Part shown: in pieces, positions 54,348 to 64,000 of the stretch
How the letters are laid out: every line of letters begins with the position of its first letter
How positions within the stretch are numbered: the first letter of the stretch is position 1
Source of the DNA: the human T2T-CHM13v2.0 reference genome, Homo sapiens
Strand: one strand, 5' to 3'
Assembly: GCF_009914755.1 (NCBI RefSeq)
Contig: NC_060947.1
Length of the DNA: 64,000 nucleotides
Notes under the pieces: model-generated
Databases searched by the model: none
The model's input: only the letters and a program-made list of their open reading frames with translations
What the model was told of the DNA's origin: nothing
Position numbers and translations under genes: made by a program

Positions 54348-55239
54348 GTCCATTATTACAGCTATCAAGGCAAAATTTTAATGCCAGTTATTTCCAAATT
54401 AGAGACTACTTATAAACATAGAAGATATTAACCTTGAAAATGTTACTATCATTAGTAAAGATTAACACTATTTCATTTGGCTATGTTTAGATTCTAGAGT
54501 TCTCTCAATTTCCTGAAGTCCAAGTGGGTTACCAAGGTCCAACTGTATCAACAAGTAGCAAAGTTGCTCCAGTTACCATAAATCATCATTTTGCTATTTG
54601 ACAACTTCAAGTTGAGCCTCATATGCAGGGCTAGCTCAGTACCTAGAACAAGCTCAAAATAGTGAACTCATAAGAAACATTAGTGATAACATGGAACAAA
54701 ATATTTATAATCTGCAATACCATTATTAAAACTATGAGGGTTTGGCTATGGGATATTAGCAAGTTTTTCAGCTTCTAGAAACCCCATATAATCCTATAGT
54801 GAACGACCTAATGGAAGAACTTAGAAAGATTGTCAATTTCACCCATTTATGCTCACCATAATGCATTCCCTGAGGCTTAGAGCTTGAATTGAATGTAAAT
54901 AAATGCATATTTATTTTGGCATGGATGCTCATGAAGTGATCTGGAAAGTAAATATGTACATATTGATAAGCTGCATATGTTACATATTTTTATATGAAAA
55001 AATAAACCAACCCTTACACCACAGATATTTCAGTATCACATGGATTTTGTCCTGACAAATGTTGAAAGATATCCACCAGGAATATATCACTGGTTAAAAA
55101 TGGAATGGTATGTGGAAGCTATATGTAGTTATGTAGTGGGAGATTATTAAGTATCTCATTATAAATTATTTTCTTATTTCAATGGTTATGTTAAAATTAC
55201 TATTTTCTTTACAAGTCAACACAACAATTTTTCTACATA

Positions 55240-56130
55240 CATGTTGTGACCCTTACCTTCATTATGTAGCAGCAACCCTAATCCTAATGATAATCAGAGA
55301 CAATTATCTCTACTAGCTGAGTAACTCCTTTCTTTGCCTCCTGGTCCACCAAAATGAGGAGCTGAAACTGATCAAGAGGTAATTGTAGCTTCAGGTTTGG
55401 TAGAACTCTTAAAGTGCCCCCTGATGGAAGCATTTCTCCTTGAAAAGCAGAACCTCTAATTTAGCAGAGCCTGAGTATGTAGAAACAAAAAGCACAAATT
55501 CTATAAGTAGGTTATTGGATCAATTCCCAGACCTGTGGAGTCTAGTTATTAGAAACACAGCACTGCATATCAGTTATTAGTATATGAGTACATATACCTC
55601 ATCCTGGAGGACAGTATTCCAACTCTGCAAGGTATTATCCTCTATCTGGTGCCTTAGCTGAGCCATTAACAGGCCATTCAATTGATTTATTGGATCACCT
55701 GGTGCTAAGTTATATGTTAAATTATAGGATCAGTGGATCCTATGATTAGGTTCACATGGCCACACTTCCTTCCGTGTAAAATGGGTCCTTTCATCTAAGA
55801 CAATGTTATGGAGTATCCCTGTCACAAATCAGGCATTTTGTAAGCTTCAAATTATGATGCCAACAGAAATATTGAGGGCAGGGAAAGGAAACTAAACCCA
55901 TATATGGAGAAAGTATCAATGCTGTTAAGGACAAATCACTGCATTTTTCATGGTAGGAAGGTCTGAAGTAATCAACCTGCCATCAAGATGCTGGATGGCC
56001 TTGGTGAGTAGTCCATGCTTTCCAGCCCATGTATAGTCTCCATTCTTACCATTGTGGCTTTTCCACTCCTAGGCTCATTGTGCAAACACTGGAGTAGCCA
56101 AGGACAGAGGCTGGCTGACGTGTGTAGGAC
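55240..56130 (-). mobile_element. ERVL-class internal (integrase/dUTPase region)
   Basis: Minus translation ~55433-55285 MLPSGGTLRVLPNLKLQLPLDQFQLLILVDQEAKKGVTQLVEIIVSDY resembles HERV-L LPPGDT..IPLNWKLRLPPGHFGLL..QAKKGVTVLAGVIDPDY. Confidence 0.75.
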
Positions 56131-56134
56131 AAGT

Positions 56135-56935
56135 CAGAGATAAGGTTGTGCAATTGTGATTTGGAGTGCTGGATGTGCCTGCCACACCCATACTCAAAGG
56201 TGTACACCACTAAATGGTGTTACCATAAATTCCTTGATACAATGTAGAGGAAGTAAGCCAAAGAATTAGAAAGATAAGAATGGCGAAATGGGTTTATCAT
56301 GTATAACCCACTAACTTGCCAACTATGTCCCCCAAAAGGACCCAAATGACACTTTCTTCACCAAAAATTGAGAAATTATTGCAGAGGAGAGTACTATAAT
56401 ATCACTATAGCAGCTGCACTCTGGGAGGCTAGGTAACTGCTGCCACTGAAATAGGCTTCTGAATTTCAATGGGTATCATAGGATCCTGAACCAGTAGAGG
56501 ACAAGTGACAGAACCTTTGCTGACCTTTTGCAGTGGCTAATTGATTATGGTAACTCTAAGACTAAAATAGATGGGCAGCATACTAAATTTTTATTTGGTC
56601 TGCATACCAAAAAAAAAATTAACTCAAGTCTGGTGAACAGAGGCATGACTTAGGTCACCACAATAGAAAGTCACAGGCTCTTTCACAGTTCCCAAACCTG
56701 GGCCATTTTAAAGCCCAGAGCCCACTGAATGAAGGGAAGGCCAATTACCCTGGAAGCAGGATCCTGTAATACTGCTATAAGTATATACAATAAATATTTC
56801 CCCTAGCCTATCAATCTGTGACTATTTAATGGGCCAAGTGTACACAGGAGAAGGGAAATAGCCAAACATTAAGGGTATCACTGGACACCGATTCTGAGCT
56901 GATGCAAATCTCTGCAGTTCAAGAACACATACTAC
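56135..56935 (+). mobile_element. ERVL-class gag-protease fragment
   Basis: 56232 P*YNVEEVSQRIRKIRMAKWVYH (HERV-L gag PW.NVEEGIQRLREIGM.EWI.H); 56851 KGNSQTLRVSLDTDSELMQI (protease KGN.QTFRGLLDTGSELTLI). Confidence 0.78.
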
Positions 56936-56939
56936 CAAA

Positions 56940-57410
56940 TCAAAGTAGAAATAGAGGCCACTCTACATAGTTCAAGAAGAAAGAAACTTAATAAAGGAAT
57001 TTAGGTGCTTATAAAATTATTGTAATAGCTAGAGGGTGGAAATCAGGGCACTGCCACTGCATCATTAAATTCAAGGGAAGCCGCTACTGTTGCCACCCAC
57101 AACTACTTCCTACACCCATGAAGCTAGGAACTAAACAATAGGATGCTAAACTGGCCTCTGTAATTGCCTTTACATACTCATAAAACTGGTGACCAGACTC
57201 TGGAATACTGAGTCCAGCCACAGCTGCCATTCTCTTATCCTTGACCTTGCCAGCAGCAATAGTAGCAGAAAGATGTCCTCCATCTCACTTCCACCTTACA
57301 AATATAAGACAAGTCTATCTAATTGACAGAAACTAATTTGCTATCAGAACCCGAACTATAATTAGAAGGGTAGAATGGAGGTTATGTTGGTTAATTCATA
57401 ATATTTGCTA
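56940..57410. mobile_element. Ancient ERV LTR (subfamily uncertain)
   Basis: cttccacctt...tctaattgacagaaacta...agaagggtagaatggagg...gctaca motifs. Confidence 0.45.
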
Positions 57411-57669
57411 CATTTATTAAGGGTTTATGTAACTCTATTCATAAATGCAATTAGTCTGTTTTTCTGAGTTATCTTTATCAGGTTTGTGTTAAGGTTATAC
57501 TACTTTATAAGAATAATTGAATATCTGTGTATGTTTCTGTGTGTGCCTGGGTTAGTTTCTAGAGCATAGGAGATACCTATTGTTAGAAGTTGTTTAGGAT
57601 ATATTTAACAATCTTTTCCATTTGTTTTTATACTTAATTTTTTATTTTTTTAAAAAAAACAATTGTTTC

Positions 57670-59791
57670 ATATCTGTTGACAAAAATAATAGAACAGGTC
57701 TTGGTAACAAACAACCCAAAAATCTCAGCATGTTCAATTGGCTCTGTAGGGCAGTTCTCCTCCAAATGGTGACTCACAAGCTAAGTTGCTTCAAGTTTTG
57801 GCACTGCTATCTCAATCCAAGACCTCATCTTTTTGCCACAAAAAAAGGAAGAGAGAACACAAAAGCAATTAAATGCTCCTGCCAAGTAGTGAATGTCATA
57901 CTGGTCACGTGGCTCTAAAAGAGATGGTAAGTGTGATATTCTATATGCCCAGGAAGTAAACGAGAAATAGATATTGTTGAACACAGTTATCTCTATCATA
58001 GTCCACAAAATATTTGCTTCATTCTTCCCACAGGGAAAACTCACTCACCTTTTCTCCAAGGAAGACACCACAAACTCCATTCAGTCACAATTTAAAAGTC
58101 CAGAATCTCCAGGTGATTTACAATACTCTCCATCAGGTCAAGTTGTGATTCCCGTTGGTTCTGAGACCTATAAACTAAAAAGATAGGTAATCTGTCCCCC
58201 ACTGACCCAATATGCAATGATGAAACAAGGATGGAGTAACCACGATGAACACTCTCATTCACAGAGGCAAATTGTAGCAGGCATTGTGAATATCTCTCAT
58301 CCAGGGAGGTTAGAGATATTCATTTATTAAGTCTTGATTATTTTCTTTGTAGCAGTTCTCTTGTTCATTGTTCCCTGTGGACCCATGATTCACCCTCTTG
58401 GTAAGTTCTTCCTTTTCCATTATCTTCCTCAGCTGTAACTAAAGTGAGCATTATGGAATACGTCCTCTTGTGGGATATGTATTTCTCTTAGCCTGCTTCT
58501 TGCCTACAGAATTTTGATGGACTAAGGATTGTTTTAAGTCTGATGGCCTACATTGTGTCTGATGGCCTAAATTGTTTTAATTCTGGCAACCCAAAGATTA
58601 TTTTAAGTCTTTGTCACAGGCTTTCTTAGTTTAGGCTCATGATTTAACAGTTCAATTGTCTCAAAAACTTAATAGGCTTGGTTTCAGTCAGCTCCATGTG
58701 TGAATAACCACACCAAGAATTCTTTTGCAGGCAAAGCTCTCAGATTTATAGCCCGTTTTTTCATTTGTTTGCTTTCTTGCCACCCATATCTCCCTCTACC
58801 TTCAATGTGGATTAACCCAAGACTGTTAGTCTTCTATGGGAAGACTATATGCTTAAGATAATCTTTGCCTCGAGTAGTTTTATTTAACTAAAAGGTTTAT
58901 AGGGTGTCACACCGTTAGTCTAATTTTTTCCTAAAATCTCTCTAAATCTTTTCTTTTTTACAGTTTGAAGTTGAAACTCAGTTGATTTTCTCAAACATAC
59001 AAGCTTTGAAGTTTCTGTACTCTCTATTCCCCTTTATTTGTGCATGCAAACCAGCTAATTCTTTCTGATCTCACCTCACTCTTGTACTGTCTTGCCAATC
59101 AAAGCCAGCAGCAATCAACAAGCACTACTATCACTCCTATTAACACTACTAACATTTTGTTTTCCAGGCTCTTTTCTACTAACATTTTTGTTTCACAATT
59201 TTTTCTTCTAGAGTTACAAGTTCTCTAATTTTATGTGTTGTGTTCATTGCAGGTGACAGTTATACCAAATTTTTGCCACTGCAAAATCCTGCCAAAAAAC
59301 CACTTAGCCAATGTCACGTTTCAGGGATTTGTTAAAATACTCCACTTTCAGTATCAATTTCTGAATTAATCAGAATAGGCTAAGCTATGCTATGGTAACA
59401 AACAGTCCTATAATCTCAGTGGTTTAACACAACAAAAGCATGTTTCTGACTCATACAAGTTACACTGTGGATTGAGGCAACTCTCCTGAGTGTCTGCCCT
59501 CTAGATGGTGACTAGGTAATAAAGTTACTTCAAATTTAAAGCTCCAGCATCTCAACACAGGGCCTCCTCCACCGCTGCAACTAGGAAAGAGAGATGCTAA
59601 GAGAGTTTCACATTATCAATTAAATGTTGCAACCTGGAAACTAAATACATCATTTCTGTTAACAGACCTTTGGCCAGAACCAGTTATATGACTCTGACTA
59701 ATTACAAAAGGGCTAGGAATTATAGCTTTCCAGCACCCGTTAAATGGAGGAGAACCAGATACTTGTTGAACTCCAGTATTTATACCTCACA
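57670..59791 (-). mobile_element. MaLR provirus: MLT1J/K/L-like LTR - internal - LTR
   Basis: Two related LTRs (57670-58000, 59360-59791) sharing ggtaacaaaca...aatctcag, atggtgact, caattaaatg, agata.ttgttgaac. Confidence 0.65.
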
Positions 59792-60432
59792 TACTACTGG
59801 ATGTAGTATAGCTTGTAGTTAAAGAGTACACCTGGAGTCACAAACTAAATTTTAGCCCTAGCTCTTCCATTTGCTACGTGACAAATGGTTTAAACCCTGA
59901 GCCATGGTTTAAAGTGTGAGTAATAATATGCTTGCACAATGCTTAACACAGTTCCTGGCACACAAGAAACATTTAATTAATTATTTGAAACGATGTGTGG
60001 TACAGAAAAACATTGTGACTCGCTAAGCTGTGATCATGACCAGTGAGAAAGCTACTTCAGACAATCTTATAGACATCATGGCAGCACCACTTGTAACATA
60101 TACATTATGACAGTTCTCAATCATTTACTAAGTCTTTAACAGACTGGAAAAATATTGACACTGTTATAGTCTCCATGGTAAATTAAAGTGAAGACTGTGA
60201 TGATAGCAATGTGTTGTCAGGAAGAAAATTACTGTGACAGAGGCTATTTTATTTGCTAAAATGTCATAAATTTTGTGGAACAATGACCATTTTCTATAAT
60301 CAGGACTTACTTCAAAATTACATGCTGAAATAGAAATCTGAAAAGGAAACACACAGGAAGAACAAGTAAATGACCCTGAAGAGCCTCTCAAAAGAGCTCT
60401 GTGTAACATCCTTTTATTTGGTTTCTGCAAAT

Positions 60433-60507
60433 GCTATTACAAAACCTCCTGATAAGTAATTGTACCCTAAGCTATTACAAAACCTCCTGATAAGTAATTG
60501 TACCCTA
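60433..60507. repeat. Perfect 38-bp tandem duplication
   Basis: gctattacaaaacctcctgataagtaattgtacccta(a) x2. Confidence 0.95.
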
Positions 60508-61619
60508 TCTTTATCTGTCATCAATGAAGATTTTTGAATAAATAAAATTTTATAATTTATGTTATTGAGTGATGGTTAGGTCCTTTTGCTGAAGGAAGTG
60601 TGTGTCACAAGTAAGTTTTTGTAAGAGAACTCCTAAATTAAATGTATTTATTATGTTTATGATCATAAATACCAAGGGCTTATGCAATGTGTTATTTTTT
60701 CTACTTTTATGTAATGTGTTTATTATAAGTTTAAAACATAATAAATGATAATGTTTCAAATATATTCTTCAACTGATATATCCATATTAAACAAAAGGTT
60801 TTCAAATTTGTGCATATTTCATTCTGTAATCGAATGTTCTTCCAGAATTATAAAATTAATATGCAATCACTGCAAGCAATGGAATGGAATAATATAATGA
60901 TCTTTTTTTAAAAAGAAATAAAATTTCACATACACATAAACCTTGTCCTTCCTCAGCTCCAAACTCCAGATAACCTACTGTGTATTATTGTACACTTTTC
61001 TCAATATATTGTGTGTACATTTCACTTACCAATACATCATGAATATCCTTCTAGTAATTAATATAGCTATAACTCATTCTTTCTTTAATTGCTGAAGAAA
61101 ATAGTCTATTATGAATGTAGCACAATTTATTCAAGCATCCAGCTATTGGTGTACATACAATTAGTTTCCGGTATTTTGCCATTATAGACAATGCTTCAAA
61201 TAAGCATTCTTATGCTAATAGAGTACATCAATAAAACATATGCAGTTCTCATTGAGAGAGTAAGCGAAAATAAAAGGCAGTTACATTTCTCTTGGTACCA
61301 AATCTGGAATAACGTATTTTAAAAACCTGCTTATAGAGAATATCTTGGAAAGGAGCCTAGGTGTGGGGTCATAGGGCAACTAAATCTTACTTTACAGATT
61401 TCCCTACCATTTGTCTATCTAAAACATATACTATCCTTGTAGTCAGAAAAGTAAAAGAAGTAAACAATTTTGAAGCTCTGAAGAAATCATTCCTTCTGCA
61501 AGTGATTCACAAAGTAATGATGTAGATAGTATGGACATGGAAGGTTGTCAAATATGCTGTTTTTTAAAATGATTTTCAAATAGTTTATTTAAATTGTATG
61601 AATAGTGGGACACTTAGGA

Positions 61620-62085
61620 ATCAATTTCCTAGGGGTGCCATAACAAAACAACACAAACTAAGTAGGTTAAAACAAGATAAATTTATTTTCTCACAATTAT
61701 GAAAGCTAGAAGTCAAAAATCAAGGTGTTGGCAGGTCCATGCTCTCTCTGAAGGCTCTAGGGGGAGAATTCTTGCCTCTTCTGGCTTCTAGTGGTTGCTG
61801 GTCCCTGGCTGGCAGATACATGACTCCAAACCCTGCCTCAGTCTTCACATGGCTGTCTCCCGATACGTCTGTGTCTTCCCACGGCATTCTTCTCTCTTTC
61901 TCTCTATCTCTGTCTCTTCTTCCACTATTGGATTAGGGCCCACCCTAATTCAGTATGATCTCATCTTAAGCTGGATTACATCTGCAAATACCTGATTTTC
62001 ACATAAGATCACATTCATAGGCAACAGAGATTAGGATTTCAACATATCATTTGTGGGGACACATTCAACTCACAACAAGCAGGAT
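61620..62085 (-). mobile_element. MLT1B/C LTR
   Basis: ttcctaggggtgccataacaaa...aatcaaggtgttggcagg...ggggacacattcaactcacaaca. Confidence 0.85.
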
Positions 62086-63049
62086 AAAAGTCTGGAAGTT
62101 TATAGACCTAAATGTTAACAACAAATGTTTCTGGGTGAAGAAATTACTGATAATATATATGTCCTCCTTTATAATTTTCAGCATCTTATTAGATTTTTTA
62201 AGGGACATTTATAAAATCAGAATAAAAATTGAAGCGGAAACTGGCTTATCCTATTTTGTTAAACACACACACGTGACTTACCTTTCGATGCGAATGGAAT
62301 TCTCCATGGAGCTGGAGAGCAGAGTCCTGCATAGGTACTTGATGTCAAGAGTTGCCCGACTTGCTTAGAGTGTGTTTCTCTTTTCATCTCACTCTTTGGG
62401 TCACAGTATTATAATCAGAGAAAAAATAAGCTTAAAATGACATATCTCATTGTGTTGCACATCACAACCTGTCACATATGAACACATACACATACATCCT
62501 TGTCTTTAGTTAAGAATGGAATTTTCCCTGGCTAAACAGTGCAGCCCATAAATCCACTGTCTCTACTTGACCAAATACCCTGGGTGTATTTTCCTTGTCA
62601 TCTACCTGTATAGATGACTAACTCTAGTCAGCAGCTGATACCCATATGTCTATGCTTTCCAAGGAGAGAGCTATGGATACAGACAGTCCTGCGTTCTGAT
62701 TTAAGCTTCCCTACTTCCCAGCTGTGTGACCTGGGGCCCAAAAATGCCTGTTTCCTTTCCCTACTGTCAACATGGTGTTTGTTCTTTTTCTAATTTTTAC
62801 ATCCAAATAGGCAAAAACTCAATTCTCAGTACTATTTATATTTGAATTTACTTAATTGTTTTGTTTATTGTTTGTTTACCTAATCATTGGTCATTTCTAT
62901 TTTGTTTGTGGATATGTCACTTCTACTCAAACTTTATTGGCCAAAGCTAGTCCATGGCAATACCCAAATCCAAGGGAGCTGGGAAGAGCAAGCCTACCAT
63001 ACACCTAGAGTAGAAACCAGAAATATTACACAAACAACATCGACTACCA

Positions 63050-64000
63050 CAGATAGATTCCCAGAAGTGGAGTTGTTTGGTCAATGACAAGTATATTTTA
63101 ATTTTTCATAAGTACAATTTTCAATATTCCAAAGGAATATAGTAGTCAAATTTTAGTAAAAATGTGCAAGAGTATTTCCAACAGCTTGATGGGTTTTTTT
63201 GTTTGTTTGTTTTGCTTTTTTACAAAATGAGCACACCCATGGAACCAACATCCAGATCCAGATCTAGAACATCATCCGCACCCCAGAAGCCTCCTCCATA
63301 CTGCTCAGTCACTGGCATTATGATATAAAACACTATTTTGACTTTTATTACCATAGATGAGTTTTGACTATTTTTAAACTTTGTATAAATGGAATAATAT
63401 GTGCATATTCTTTGTATCTAGCTTCTTTTGCTCAGTATTCTTTTTGTGAAATGTATCCTTGTTATTTGTAATTGTGGTTTACTCTTTTCCATTGTTGCTA
63501 AAATCCCATTTTATGAATATAACACGATTTATTCATTCTGTTGTTGGTGGACATTTGGGTTATTTACTGGTTTTGTCTATTACAATAATGTTGCTATCAA
63601 TGTTCTCATGCATTTCTCTTGGTACACATATATAGGCATTTCTATTGTACTTATATACTTAGAATTGCTGGGTAACACCATAAGCTCTAAGACATACAGC
63701 CCATCAGTTTTCCAAAGAAGTTGTAACAATTAACATGCCCTCCAACAATGTATTAGAATTCTCACATTCCACATCATTGATGACACCTGTCTGCTTGCTT
63801 TTTTAAAAAATATTTAGCATTTGTGATGGATATATAGTATTACCAGATACTGATTTTAATTTATATTTACTCAAATAATAAAATCGAACACCTTTTTATT
63901 GTTGCCTTGACCATTTGGATATACTGTTTTTGATCTGGCTGTTCAAGACTTGTCATTTTAAAACAACAATTGGGTTGCTTTTTATTTATTGATTTATAGT
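63050..64000 (-). mobile_element. L1ME/MD 3' region fragments
   Basis: cccagaagcctcc, tgtataaatggaataat, tggacatttgggtt, ctcacattccacatc. Confidence 0.75.

Overview
Primate (most likely human) genomic DNA, AT-rich and dominated by transposable elements: many L1 subfamilies, Alus, MaLR/ERVL LTRs, MIR/L2 and a HERV-W fragment. I found no intact host protein-coding gene. Four features stand out. (1) A minus-strand unprocessed paralog of thyroxine-binding globulin (SERPINA7-like, probably SERPINA7P1, which suggests Xq22) keeps an HNF1/TATA promoter, a non-coding exon and the first coding exon, but is frameshifted and has no detectable downstream exons. (2) A spliced ZNF91-subfamily KRAB-ZNF mRNA fragment (5'UTR plus the complete 127-nt KRAB-A exon) is fused directly to the 5' end of a near full-length L1PA13-15-type element. 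This looks like a spliced 5' transduction or a template-switch chimera. (3) A HERV-W R-U5/leader processed copy has a 15-bp L1-type TSD but no poly-A, and is nested in an L1MA. (4) A full-length L1PA4-like element has a 13-bp TSD. Subfamily names and comparisons to reference proteins come from recalled consensus sequences, not from database searches.
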